A DNA stretch of 64,000 bases from Nitrospirota bacterium (GTDB lineage Bacteria > Nitrospirota > UBA9217): NCBI GenBank assembly GCA_963754875.1, contig CAVWHO010000015.1, positions 128,001 through 192,000 of the forward strand. The letters run 5' to 3'. The notes beneath the pieces are model-generated. The model made no database searches, was not told the DNA's origin, and was given only the letters and a program-made list of their open reading frames with translations. A program made the translations under genes and the position numbers. This document shows, piece after piece, positions 9,841 through 20,001 of this stretch; the first letter of the stretch is position 1; each line of letters opens with the position of its first letter.

Positions 9841-11882
9841 TGAGCGTTTTAGAACAGATACAGCAGCGGGGAGACGTCATTGTCGCGGTGAGCGTGGTCT
9901 CCATCGTGGGCGTCATGGTCCTTCCGGTACCGCCCTTTATTCTGGACCTCCTGCTGTCTTTTTCCATATCGCTTTCCATCGTGATCCTGGTGTCGGCTGT
10001 CTACATCAAAAAGCCCCTGGACCTGTCGGTGTTTCCGACGATCCTGCTCATGACGACCCTCTATCGCCTGTCGCTCAACATTGCGTCCACGCGGCTGATC
10101 CTGCTCCGGGGGAACGAGGGCATCGACGCCGCGGGCCAGGTGATCAAGTCCTTCGGCAGCTTTGTCGTGGGCGGCAATTACGCCGTCGGCTTCATCATCT
10201 TCCTGATCCTGGTGGTCATCAACTTCGTGGTCATCACCAAGGGTTCGGGCAGGATCGCCGAGGTCGCGGCCCGGTTCGTCCTCGACGCCATGCCCGGCAA
10301 ACAGATGGCCATCGATGCCGACTTAAACGCAGGCATCATCAATGAAGCAGAGGCCCGGCGCCGCCGGTCTCAGGTCGCGCAGGAGGCGGATTTCTACGGA
10401 GCTATGGACGGCGCCTCCAAGTTCGTACGCGGTGACGCCATTGCCGGCCTGATCATTACCAGCATCAACATCATCGGCGGGTTAGCCATCGGCACTCTCC
10501 AGCAGGGCATGCCCTTCGTCGAAGCGCTCAAAACCTACACCGTCCTGACCATCGGAGACGGCCTCGTTGCCCAGATCCCGGCACTCCTCATCTCCACGGC
10601 CGCCGGCATGGTCGTCTCCCGCGCCGGTTCCGATGCAGACATGGGCAAGGACATCTCCAAACAGCTCTTCGTCAACCCAAAGGTGCTGCTCACGACCGCG
10701 GGCATCATGGCCGTGCTCGGCATGGTCCCTGGTTTGCCGCACATTCCTTTCTTCCTTCTTTCTGCGGCATCGGGGGGCCTCGCCTATGCCCTCGGACAGG
10801 GCGCGGTGGAGGAAAAGGCGGCCGCGGAGCTGCACAAGGTGGAAGCGCCGCCTCAGGAAGCTCCCATTGAGACGTTTATCGAGCTCGAACCTCTCACATT
10901 TGAAATCGGCTACGGTCTCATCCCGCTCGTGGAAGGCGGCAAGGCTGAGCTCCTGAGCAAGATCAAGGCCATGCGCCGACAGCTGGCTTCCGATCTCGGG
11001 TTCGTCGTTCCGTCGATCCATATCAAGGACAACCTGCAGCTCAGGCCCCACGAATACACGCTTTTGATCCGCGGCATCGAAGTGGCGCGCGGCGAAGTCA
11101 TGATGGGATATCACCTGGCCGTTCCCGCCGCAGACGCCCAGAAGATCGAGGGTATTCCCACGAAGGAGCCGGCGTTCGGCTTGCCTGCATACTGGATCAG
11201 CGACCGCGACGTGGAACAGGCGCGGGCCAGAGGATATATGGTCGTCGATCCGGCCACGGCCATCGTCACGCACCTCACGGAACTCATCAAGGCGCATGCC
11301 TGGGAGCTGATCACGAGGACCGAGGTACAGAACCTGCTCGACAGCGTGTCGAAAAACTATCCCAAGCTCGTGGATGAGCTCATTCCGGCAAGCCTCAGTC
11401 TCGGCGGTCTCCAGCGAGTGCTCCAGAACCTGCTCAAGGAGCGCGTTCCGATCAACGACCTGATCACGATTCTTGAAACGCTCGTCGACCATGCGCCTGC
11501 GACCAAAGACACCGAACTCCTGACGGAAGCCGTGCGCCAGTCGCTCTCGCGGTTCATCACCAAACAGTATATCGCCTCGGACGGCGGCCTCCACGCGATG
11601 ACCCTCGACCCGCGCTTTGAGCGGGCACTGATCCAGGCCACCGAGTCCGGCGGGGCCATCAGCCCTGAAGTCGTAACGAAGCTCATGAAGTCGCTGGAAA
11701 AAGCCATTGCGAATGAACGCAATCGGGGCCTCCAGCCCATCATCCTCTGTTCCACCCAGGCGCGGCGGTTCCTGAAAAAGATCACCGATCGGTTCCTTTC
11801 TTCGCTGGTCGTGCTGTCGAATGCCGAGCTGGCGCCGAGCGTGCGGCTCTATACTACCGGAGTGTTGAAATATGAAGATTAA
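9840..11882 (+). CDS. flhA: Flagellar export gate protein FlhA
   Basis: RIAEVAARFVLDAMPGKQMAIDADL, FYGAMDGASKFVRGD. Confidence 0.98.
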   Translation: MSVLEQIQQRGDVIVAVSVVSIVGVMVLPVPPFILDLLLSFSISLSIVILVSAVYIKKPLDLSVFPTILLMTTLYRLSLNIASTRLILLRGNEGIDAAGQVIKSFGSFVVGGNYAVGFIIFLILVVINFVVITKGSGRIAEVAARFVLDAMPGKQMAIDADLNAGIINEAEARRRRSQVAQEADFYGAMDGASKFVRGDAIAGLIITSINIIGGLAIGTLQQGMPFVEALKTYTVLTIGDGLVAQIPALLISTAAGMVVSRAGSDADMGKDISKQLFVNPKVLLTTAGIMAVLGMVPGLPHIPFFLLSAASGGLAYALGQGAVEEKAAAELHKVEAPPQEAPIETFIELEPLTFEIGYGLIPLVEGGKAELLSKIKAMRRQLASDLGFVVPSIHIKDNLQLRPHEYTLLIRGIEVARGEVMMGYHLAVPAADAQKIEGIPTKEPAFGLPAYWISDRDVEQARARGYMVVDPATAIVTHLTELIKAHAWELITRTEVQNLLDSVSKNYPKLVDELIPASLSLGGLQRVLQNLLKERVPINDLITILETLVDHAPATKDTELLTEAVRQSLSRFITKQYIASDGGLHAMTLDPRFERALIQATESGGAISPEVVTKLMKSLEKAIANERNRGLQPIILCSTQARRFLKKITDRFLSSLVVLSNAELAPSVRLYTTGVLKYED

Positions 11883-13008
11883 GAAATTTACCGCCAGAAC
11901 ATTTTCCGAGGCCCTCGCACTGGTCAAGAAAGAACTGAGCCAGGACGCCATCATTTTATCTACGGAAGAAAAGAAAGGTTTGCGGCCCCACGTCGAGGTC
12001 ACGGCGGCCGTGGATTATGATGCCGCGGAAGTCCGCGAAGTTCGGAGTTCCGGGTTCGGAGTTCAAAGTGAACTGCAGAAACTACAACCCAAAACTCACA
12101 ACTCACAACTAAAAACTGACTCGTCCCCCCGTCCCGTACGGGTCACCCCCTACAGCATGACGCCGGCGATCGATGATGCGGCCGACGACCTCAAGAGCGA
12201 GATCGCCGGTCTCCGGCTGATGATCGAATCCATGAAGAACAACGGCTACGAGGTGTCCCTGCCGTCAAAAAAACGCGCCATGATGACGTTTCTCAGGGAA
12301 CGGTCGATCCGCGAGGAATTCGCCCTTCGCCTCTGCGACCGAACCACGAACATCGACGAGCTCCCGCTCATGGTCTCGGCCGACATCAAGATCAAACGGC
12401 AGGGCGGCTCCCGCAAGGCCGTCATGCTGGTGGGCCCCACGGGCGTTGGTAAAACCACGACGCTGGCCAAGCTCGCGGCCCAGGCCGTCAAGGCCGGGAA
12501 AAAAGCCGCCATCATCAATCTCGACACGTACCGGATCGGCGCCGTGGAGCAGGTGCGGATCTATTCGCGGATCCTCGGCATTCCCCTGACGACGGCCCAT
12601 ACCGGGGAAGAATTCAAAAGCACCCTCGCCAAATACGCCGAAAGCCGGGATATCGTGTTCATCGACACGACGGGGAGAAATCCCCGGGACGAAGCTTACA
12701 TCGAGAGCATTGCCGGGCTCTGCAATTCCGACGTGCCCCTGGAGCTCCACCTTCTCATGGGCGCGAACGTCGACGATGAATCGATGATTGAGGCGTACCG
12801 CTCGTACCGGAAGCTCCCCATAGACTACCTCACGTTTACCAAGGTGGACGAGGCCGTACGCTTCGGGTCCCTGTACAACATTCTCATCACCTATCAGAAG
12901 CCGGTTGCCTATCTCACGACGGGCCAGCGTGTCCCCGGCGACATCGAAGCCGCGACGGTCAACAGGCTGGCAGGGCTCATCGTGAAGAAGGAGTGTTATT
13001 CATGCTGA
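11872..13008 (+). CDS. flhF: SRP-type GTPase FlhF
   Basis: MKIKKF N-terminus, GPTGVGKTTT, DTYRIGA, DTTGR, TKVDE. Confidence 0.95.
   Translation: MKIKKFTARTFSEALALVKKELSQDAIILSTEEKKGLRPHVEVTAAVDYDAAEVREVRSSGFGVQSELQKLQPKTHNSQLKTDSSPRPVRVTPYSMTPAIDDAADDLKSEIAGLRLMIESMKNNGYEVSLPSKKRAMMTFLRERSIREEFALRLCDRTTNIDELPLMVSADIKIKRQGGSRKAVMLVGPTGVGKTTTLAKLAAQAVKAGKKAAIINLDTYRIGAVEQVRIYSRILGIPLTTAHTGEEFKSTLAKYAESRDIVFIDTTGRNPRDEAYIESIAGLCNSDVPLELHLLMGANVDDESMIEAYRSYRKLPIDYLTFTKVDEAVRFGSLYNILITYQKPVAYLTTGQRVPGDIEAATVNRLAGLIVKKECYSC
12039..12117. repeat. Period-7 imperfect inverted repeat embedded in-frame in flhF
   Basis: agttcgg-agttccg-ggttcgg-agtt ... aacccaa-aactcac-aactcac-aactaaa-aact. Confidence 0.7.
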
Positions 13009-13853
13009 CGGAACCGCTGCAAAACAAGAAATACGTAAAGACCATCGCGATCGCCAGCGGCAAGGGCGGCGTGGGCAAAACTAACATCGCGGCCAGTCTC
13101 GCCATCGCCTTGAGCAAGCTCGGGAAAAAAGTCGTTATCGTGGACGCCGACCTCGGACTCTCCAACATCAATATATTGCTGAACAAGCATGCAACGTATA
13201 ACATCGGCCACCTGCTTGACGGGTCGATCACGCTCAAGGACATCCTTATCGACGGGCCGCAGGGCGTCAAAATCCTGCCCGCCGGGGAAGGCGTCCAGGA
13301 CCTGACCCGCCTTGACGAGTTCCAGCGGCTCAAAATCCTCGACGCCTTCGATTCCTACGACGGCGATATCGACATCATGCTCATCGACAATTCAGCAGGC
13401 ATTTCGGAGAATGTGACCTTCTTCTGTTCCGCTGCGCAGGACCTCATCATTGTGACGACGCCGGAGCCGACCGCATGGGTCGACGCCTATCACCTGATCA
13501 AAGTCCTCTACACGGAATACCAGGAGAACAAGTTTCACGTGCTCGTGAACGCCGTGAAAAACGAAGAGGAAGCCGACGATGTGTTTCAGAGACTCGCGCA
13601 AGCGACGGACCGGTTTCTGAACATTTCCCTCGACTACCTGGGCTACCTCCCCTATGACGAGGACGTCAAGAAGGCGGTACGTTCGCAGGCCGCATTTATC
13701 GACCTCTATCCCAAGAAATTCATTTCCAAGTGCGTTAACGAGATTGCGGCAACGCTGATCGACCGGCCGCAGAAAGTCAAGGGCTCGCTGCAGTTTTTCA
13801 TCGGCAATCTGCTTTCGGCCCGCGTAGATCCGGCCCGGGAACAGGTGCGTTAG
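13002..13853 (+). CDS. flhG: MinD-like ATPase FlhG/FleN
   Basis: ASGKGGVGKT, VDADLGLSN, TTPEPTA; follows flhF. Confidence 0.93.
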   Translation: MLTEPLQNKKYVKTIAIASGKGGVGKTNIAASLAIALSKLGKKVVIVDADLGLSNINILLNKHATYNIGHLLDGSITLKDILIDGPQGVKILPAGEGVQDLTRLDEFQRLKILDAFDSYDGDIDIMLIDNSAGISENVTFFCSAAQDLIIVTTPEPTAWVDAYHLIKVLYTEYQENKFHVLVNAVKNEEEADDVFQRLAQATDRFLNISLDYLGYLPYDEDVKKAVRSQAAFIDLYPKKFISKCVNEIAATLIDRPQKVKGSLQFFIGNLLSARVDPAREQVR

Positions 13854-13891
13854 GAGCAATGCGAAACAATCAAAATGGAGAGGGTGCGACG

Positions 13892-14629
13892 ATGACAGAT
13901 TATAAAGTTGAAATGAGCGAAGCGGAGAAGGAGAAGATCATTAACGATTCCCTTCCCTTTATCAAGTATACGGCCTATCGGCTGGCACACCGCCTACCGC
14001 CCCAGCTTGCGGTAAACGACCTCATCAGCGTCGGGATCGTGGGCCTGTTGGACGCGCTCCAGCGCTATACCGAAGGCCGCGTAAAGCTCAATACGTTTGT
14101 GGAATACCGGATCAAGGGAGCCATGCTCGACGAACTGCGGTCCCACGACTGGGTGCCGCGGTCGCTCAAGACCAAGATCGGCCAGATCAGAAAAACGCAC
14201 CGCGAACTGGAGCAGGACCTCGGTCGCATGCCCCGTGAGGAAGAGATCGCGGAGCGGCTTGAGATCACCCTCGACGAATATTTCCGGACCGTCCAGAGCG
14301 CCAGCAACGCCGTCGTGTTCAGCTTCGAGGATTTCCGGGACAAGATGTATGAAGAGAGCGATATGGACGTGATGGAATGCATCCCGGACCCGGACGCGAA
14401 GAACCCGCTCGAACTCCTTGAAGAGAGCAGTTCGAAGGAAGCCCTTGCCCAGCTCATCGAACGCCTGCCGGAAAAAGAGAAGCTCATTCTGTCGCTGTAC
14501 TACTGGGACGAAATGACGATGAAGGAAATCGGCAAAGTCTTGCATTTGACCGAGGGACGGGTGTGCCAGCTCCACAACCAGGCGCTCATCAGGTTGAAGG
14601 CCCAAATCAACCTTCCCGTCCACCGCTAG
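13892..14629 (+). CDS. fliA: RNA polymerase sigma28 FliA (alternative start 13859)
   Basis: RIKGAMLDELRSHDWVPRS, LTEGRVCQLH. Confidence 0.96.
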   Translation: MTDYKVEMSEAEKEKIINDSLPFIKYTAYRLAHRLPPQLAVNDLISVGIVGLLDALQRYTEGRVKLNTFVEYRIKGAMLDELRSHDWVPRSLKTKIGQIRKTHRELEQDLGRMPREEEIAERLEITLDEYFRTVQSASNAVVFSFEDFRDKMYEESDMDVMECIPDPDAKNPLELLEESSSKEALAQLIERLPEKEKLILSLYYWDEMTMKEIGKVLHLTEGRVCQLHNQALIRLKAQINLPVHR

Positions 14630-14677
14630 TCCTGTTATTTCCCCCGCCCTGCAGATTCTCTTCCGGCCCGTGCGGGC

Positions 14678-14705
14678 TAAAGAAATATTTGTTTTGTGAC
14701 GATAA
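14678..14705 (+). promoter_or_regulatory. sigma28 promoter of the che operon
   Basis: TAAA-N16-GACGATAA versus consensus TAAA-N15-GCCGATAA. Confidence 0.65.
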
Positions 14706-14726
14706 GAGCACTACTGAGGTCTATGC

Positions 14727-16577
14727 ATGAAACCAACCGAGGAACTTTCTACAGCGATACGGGACCTTGCGGCTCCCGATCCGTCGGCGCGGCGCATTGC
14801 CGCGGAAGCGCTGGCAACAGCGGATGAGCGGGCCATCTACCCGCTCATCCGGTCTCTCCGCGACGAAAACCCCGGCGTGCAGGACGCGGCCATGCGCTCC
14901 CTCATCGCGATCGGCGGCGAAGTGACGGCATACATGACGCTGCCGCTCCTGCGGGAAAGCCCTTTTCTCCGGAATACCGCGCGCATCATTCTGAGCCAGA
15001 TCGGCATACCCGCGGTCCCGCTCCTGCGCTCTCTGCTCGCCGACAAGGATGACGACATCCGGACCTTCGCGGTGGACCTTATTTCGAACATCGGCTCCTG
15101 CGATTTTCCGGAAGAGCTTGCGCGTTTGCTCGAGACGGATCCGAACCAGAATGTGAGGGCTTCCGCTGCCAAGGCGCTGGGAATGCTCGGATACCGCGGC
15201 GGCCTGCAGGCGCTGATTAACGCGCTCAAGGACAGCGAATGGGTCTGTTTTTCCGCCCTCGAATCCCTCGCCCACCTCAACGACGACGCGTGCGTGGAGC
15301 CGGTCCTTGCCCTGCTGCAGGGTCCCTCGGAAACGGTGCGGTATGCGGCGATCGAAACGCTCGGCAGGATGGGCACCAACCGGGCAGTCGATTCTTTGAT
15401 TGGCCTCCTCCCGAAGTCAAACGATATGGAAAAATCCGCAATCGTGAAGAGCCTTGTCCAGATCGGCATCACTCCGGCCATGGCCCAGGTCGCCGATCTG
15501 CTGGTCGACCTGTACGTAAAGGGAGAATGGGACGACCGTCTCCTCGCGCTCACGGGGCTTGCCGATCTGCGACACGAGCAGGCACTACCGGTCATTCTGG
15601 ACAGCGCCGGCTCTCTCGACCCCTCGGCCCCGGAAAGCGAAGATCGGCTCTTCGCGGTGAAGCAGGCGCTCCTCCGGTTCGGTTGTGCTCCCCCGTTGAT
15701 CGCAGCCCTTGCCGACCCGGCGGTACGGTTCCGTGCAAAGACAATCGCCATTGAAGTCATCGCCGAACTCCGGTGCCCGGAGGCGGTTCCACCGTTGCTC
15801 CGGATTATGGACGGGGACCTGCGCGAGGTGCGTCGGTCCGCCGTTCTTGCGCTCGCGGAAATGCCGGGAGATGAGGCGCTCCAGGCGCTTAGGAAATGCA
15901 TCGAGGACCGCGACGGTCACGTCCGCAACGTGGCCCTTTCCGCTCTCGGCAGGATCGGCGACCAGGCGTCATTCGACCGTCTCTTCCGCCACCTCGATCT
16001 CGAAAATTACCGGGACGTGCTCGAAGAAACGGTCAAAGCTCTCCTGATGATCGATGCAAACCGGCTCTTCTCCTCTCTGGACGCCCTTTCGCCGAGGGTA
16101 AAGGAAATACTCGGACGGAACGCCCGGAATGTCGACGTCCTCCTTACCCTGTCCCGCGACCGGGAACCCGGCATCCGTCTCGCCGCGCTTACGGGTCTCG
16201 GCCGGGTCCAGGACGAGCGTGCCCGCAAGCGGCTGTCCGAGGCGCTTGCCGAAGGGGACCCGGAAATGAGGAAGGCCGCCGTTCTGGCGCTGGGCGCGCT
16301 GCACTGCTCCGTCGACGATATGAAGCAGGCGCTCGCAGACAGCGATATGTGGGTAAGGCTCTATGTGGTCAAGGCGCTGGGGGACTCGCAGGACCCGGCT
16401 GCGGCCGCGGCCGTCCTTCCGTTGCTCACAGACAAGGATGTCCCCGTCGTTCTCTCGGCGATCGATGCTTTGGTCCAGCTGGGCAGTGCAAATCCGGCCG
16501 CGCTGCGTGCTCTCCAAGACCATGGCGATGAAACAGTACGGCAACGCGCAGCGGGCGCAATGGAGCGTTTATGCTGA
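14727..16577 (+). CDS. HEAT-repeat (PBS-lyase-like) protein
   Basis: Many D.D..VR..A..ALG repeats across 616 aa; overlaps cheR. Confidence 0.9.
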   Translation: MKPTEELSTAIRDLAAPDPSARRIAAEALATADERAIYPLIRSLRDENPGVQDAAMRSLIAIGGEVTAYMTLPLLRESPFLRNTARIILSQIGIPAVPLLRSLLADKDDDIRTFAVDLISNIGSCDFPEELARLLETDPNQNVRASAAKALGMLGYRGGLQALINALKDSEWVCFSALESLAHLNDDACVEPVLALLQGPSETVRYAAIETLGRMGTNRAVDSLIGLLPKSNDMEKSAIVKSLVQIGITPAMAQVADLLVDLYVKGEWDDRLLALTGLADLRHEQALPVILDSAGSLDPSAPESEDRLFAVKQALLRFGCAPPLIAALADPAVRFRAKTIAIEVIAELRCPEAVPPLLRIMDGDLREVRRSAVLALAEMPGDEALQALRKCIEDRDGHVRNVALSALGRIGDQASFDRLFRHLDLENYRDVLEETVKALLMIDANRLFSSLDALSPRVKEILGRNARNVDVLLTLSRDREPGIRLAALTGLGRVQDERARKRLSEALAEGDPEMRKAAVLALGALHCSVDDMKQALADSDMWVRLYVVKALGDSQDPAAAAAVLPLLTDKDVPVVLSAIDALVQLGSANPAALRALQDHGDETVRQRAAGAMERLC

Positions 16578-17389
16578 ACCCGGTGTTGCCGGACATGGTC
16601 TTCAAACAGATCAGGGATTTCATCTACGAGAAATGCGGAATCTACATTTCCGATGCAAAAAAGTATCTCGTCGAAAAAAAACTCGTCACGCGTCTTCAGC
16701 AGAAAAACCTGAACACCTTCGAGGACTATCTCTCTCTGCTGAAATACAGCAGCAACGGCGACGAGCTCTCGAAGCTCTACGACGCCATAACCACGAACGA
16801 GACCTATTTTTTTCGGGAGCCGCAGCAGTTGGCGGTCTGCGTCGACACGGTAATCCCGCAGGTGATGGAACAGAAAAAGTCCAGGGACATCAGGATCTGG
16901 TCTGCAGCCTGCTCCACCGGAGAAGAAGCATATACGCTGGTCATGATGCTCCTGGAAAAAAAGAGCTGTACCCGTATCGACGTGGTCGGTTCGGACATCA
17001 GCAACGAAGTGCTGGAGTCGGCAAAAAAAGCCGTATACGGTTCCTACTCCATGAGAAACGTGGCGGAGCCGTTCTTGAAAAAATATTTCCGCAGCAACGG
17101 CTGGACCCACGAGCTTGATGCGTCGGTCAAAAGCATGGTCAGGTTCACGAACATCAACCTTATCGATCCCGGCAAAATGCGGACCCTTCAGGCCATGGAC
17201 GTCATCTTCTGCCGGAACGTGCTCATCTATTTCGATGACAAGGCAAAGCAAAGAGCGGTCTCACTGCTCTATGACAGCCTGCGGCCCGGCGGATTCCTCT
17301 TTATCGGCTCGTCGGAAAGCCTCCACAGCGTCACGAGGGCGTTTAAACCGGCCATATTCGGCAAGGTCGTTGCCTATCAGAAGGTGTGA
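16571..17389 (+). CDS. cheR: Chemotaxis methyltransferase CheR
   Basis: TTNETYFFRE, IWSAACSTGEE, DVIFCRNVLIYF. Confidence 0.97.
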   Translation: MLNPVLPDMVFKQIRDFIYEKCGIYISDAKKYLVEKKLVTRLQQKNLNTFEDYLSLLKYSSNGDELSKLYDAITTNETYFFREPQQLAVCVDTVIPQVMEQKKSRDIRIWSAACSTGEEAYTLVMMLLEKKSCTRIDVVGSDISNEVLESAKKAVYGSYSMRNVAEPFLKKYFRSNGWTHELDASVKSMVRFTNINLIDPGKMRTLQAMDVIFCRNVLIYFDDKAKQRAVSLLYDSLRPGGFLFIGSSESLHSVTRAFKPAIFGKVVAYQKV

Positions 17390-17390
17390 T

Positions 17391-17783
17391 ATGAAAATAC
17401 TGATCGTAGACGATGATTCAACGACAAGAAAACTACTCGGGCTGTTCCTGAGGTCCAAGGGATACGAGGTGGCTTATGCGGAAAACGGCATCGACGGCCT
17501 CGAAAAACTCGGCCAAGAAAACCCCAATATGATCATCAGCGATCTCAACATGCCCTATATGGACGGCATCGAGTTTGTAAAAAGTGTGCGGTCCGATCCG
17601 GCCCGTGCGGAGCTCCCCATTTTGATGGTGACGACCGAGGGGGACCCCGAGGAACGGGAACGCGCGCTCTCGGTCGGCGTCAACGGCTACCTGGTCAAGC
17701 CGGTGACCGCCGAAGTGGTGATCCAGCATATCCGGCATATATTGAAGAACATGTTCGCGCAAGGAGGAGGTTCCCATGCCTGA
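17391..17783 (+). CDS. Single-domain response regulator (CheY-like)
   Basis: [21 protein letters not shown]. Confidence 0.9.
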   Translation: MKILIVDDDSTTRKLLGLFLRSKGYEVAYAENGIDGLEKLGQENPNMIISDLNMPYMDGIEFVKSVRSDPARAELPILMVTTEGDPEERERALSVGVNGYLVKPVTAEVVIQHIRHILKNMFAQGGGSHA

Positions 17784-18168
17784 TTATAAGATGAAGATCC
17801 TCGTGGTCGATGATTTTTCGACCATGCGTCGGATCGTTAAAAACGTCCTGAAGCAGCTCGGCTTCGAGAACATCGACGAGGCAGAGGATGGCGCGCAGGC
17901 GCTCGCAAAATTAAAAAGCGGCAGCTATGGTTTTGTCGTGACCGACTGGAACATGCCGAACATGGACGGTCTCGACTTTTTCAAGGCCGCGCGTGCGGAG
18001 CCGAATCTCAAGGAGCTCCCCTTCCTGATGGTGACCGCGGAAGCGGAAAAGGAAAAGGTCATCATGGCGATCCAGGCAGGCGTCAACAACTACATCGTCA
18101 AACCCTTTACCGCGGAAGTGTTCAAGGAGAAAATGGACCGGATCTTCGAGAAGCTGGCGAAAAAGTAG
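17776..18168 (+). CDS. cheY: Chemotaxis response regulator CheY
   Basis: [33 protein letters not shown]. Confidence 0.97.
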   Translation: MPDYKMKILVVDDFSTMRRIVKNVLKQLGFENIDEAEDGAQALAKLKSGSYGFVVTDWNMPNMDGLDFFKAARAEPNLKELPFLMVTAEAEKEKVIMAIQAGVNNYIVKPFTAEVFKEKMDRIFEKLAKK

Positions 18169-18225
18169 CCGCGGCCGACAGGCCGCTTCGCTTGCAAGCG
18201 TGCAAGCCGATTAGCGAGGTGCAAC

Positions 18226-20001
18226 GTGCCTGATGAAATGGAAGAAATAATCGCCGAATTTGTTACCGAATCGGAAGAGACCCTCGACAAGATCGACCCC
18301 CTCTTCATCGAGCTTGAGGCGAATGGTGAAGACAAGGAAATCCTGAACCGGCTGTTCCGGAGTGTCCACACGATCAAGGGCGCCGCCGGCTTCCTGGGTT
18401 TCCAGTCCATGGTGGAAGTATCCCACAGCGCCGAAAACATCATGAAGAAGCTTCGGGACGGCGACATCACGGTCTCTCGGCAGCTCATGGACATCGTCTT
18501 GAAGAGCGTCGATATGCTGAGGCTCCTGCTCAGGCACGTCAAGGACAAGGACGGCGTTCGGGAAAATACGACGCCTCTGGTGCAGGAGCTTAACCAGGCG
18601 CTCGAAGCGGCCCTTGCGGCTGCCGGCACTGCCCCCTCTGCTGAGCCAGCTTCTGCTGTGCCTGCAGCTCCTCCCGCATCGACGGCGCCGACAGTGGTCC
18701 CCATGGAGCAGAAGAAAGCTGCTGCTGCGATGCCTGCCCCGGTCCTCCATGAGGCTGCGATTGCGGAGAGCGGCCAGCAGAGCGAGACGGCGGCGAGGCC
18801 GGAGTCGCTTCAGACGCTCCGTGTCGAAGTGAACAAGATTGACAAGGTCATGGACCTGACCGGAGAGGTCGTGCTCGTCCGGAACAGGCTCCTGAATATT
18901 GTGAGCCGGCTCGAACACCAGTACAGCGACGACCATGACGTGCAAAGCCTGCTCGAGGCCGTTTCTTTCCTCGATCTCATCACCTCCGACATGCAGCTCG
19001 GCGTCATGAAGATGCGCATGCAGCCCATCGCAAAAGTCTTCAGCAAATTTCCGCGCCTCGTGCGCGACCTTGCCGGCCCGCTGGGAAAATACGTCGACCT
19101 GAAGGTGGCCGGAGAGGACACCGAGGTCGACAAATCAGTGATCGAACAGATCGGCGATCCGATGGTGCACATCATCCGGAATGCCATCGACCACGGGCTC
19201 GAACTGCCGAAGGACCGCATGGCAAAGGGAAAATCGGAGAAAGGCACGATTTCCATCACAGCATCACAACGGGGGAACCAGATCGTCATCGAAGTGTCCG
19301 ACGACGGCCGGGGTATCGACCTCGATAAAGTAAAAGCAAAAGCGCTCCAGAAAAAACTCATCACCGAGGACGAAGCCGTCCGCATGACGGACGAGGCTGC
19401 CACCAACCTCATCTTCCTTCCCGGCTTCTCCACCGCCGAGGTGGCCACCGAGCTCTCGGGCAGGGGCGTCGGCATGGACGTGGTCAAGACGAACATCTCG
19501 AAGCTAAACGGCACCGTCGAGATCGCGACGCACAAAGATCGAGGGAGCGTGTTCACGATTCATATTCCCCTGACCCTTGCCATCATCCAGACCCTCATGG
19601 TGCGTTCCGGCAAAGCGCGCTACGCGATCCCCCTTGCGCCCGTCGAAGAAACGCTTACCGTGTCCGAGGGCGACGTGTCCGATATGGGAGGGACCGAAGC
19701 GCTCATCATCAGGGGCAAAGTATATCCCCTCTTTACCCTCTCGAGTGCGATCGGTGGCGTTCGGGACGCCAAGACCGGCTGCAAGTACGCCGTCGTGGTG
19801 GCCATAGGGGACAAGCGGTTCTGCATCGGTGTCGATGAACTCCTGGGCCAGGAAGAAGTGGTGATCAAGACCGTCTCGGGCATCAATACGGGGTCGTCGT
19901 TCATCCTCGGCGCGACCATAACAGGCGACGGGAAAGTGGTCTTCATTCTCGATCTTGCTGCCATTTCAAAGAACGCGTACAACCTTGCGCAGGTTTCATG
20001 A
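18226..20001 (+). CDS. cheA: Chemotaxis histidine kinase CheA (no P2 domain)
   Basis: Hpt (FRSVHTIKG), Ala/Pro linker, dimerisation domain, HIIRNAIDHG, SGRGVGMDVV, CheW-like P5. Confidence 0.97.
   Translation: MPDEMEEIIAEFVTESEETLDKIDPLFIELEANGEDKEILNRLFRSVHTIKGAAGFLGFQSMVEVSHSAENIMKKLRDGDITVSRQLMDIVLKSVDMLRLLLRHVKDKDGVRENTTPLVQELNQALEAALAAAGTAPSAEPASAVPAAPPASTAPTVVPMEQKKAAAAMPAPVLHEAAIAESGQQSETAARPESLQTLRVEVNKIDKVMDLTGEVVLVRNRLLNIVSRLEHQYSDDHDVQSLLEAVSFLDLITSDMQLGVMKMRMQPIAKVFSKFPRLVRDLAGPLGKYVDLKVAGEDTEVDKSVIEQIGDPMVHIIRNAIDHGLELPKDRMAKGKSEKGTISITASQRGNQIVIEVSDDGRGIDLDKVKAKALQKKLITEDEAVRMTDEAATNLIFLPGFSTAEVATELSGRGVGMDVVKTNISKLNGTVEIATHKDRGSVFTIHIPLTLAIIQTLMVRSGKARYAIPLAPVEETLTVSEGDVSDMGGTEALIIRGKVYPLFTLSSAIGGVRDAKTGCKYAVVVAIGDKRFCIGVDELLGQEEVVIKTVSGINTGSSFILGATITGDGKVVFILDLAAISKNAYNLAQVS

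Noticed and set aside
10482..12002. Long antisense ORFs (506 aa here; also 5301-6251, 35407-37053, 38206-38679, 53894-55096 and others)
   Set aside because: Shadow frames of well-supported genes in GC-rich DNA, with no motifs of their own.
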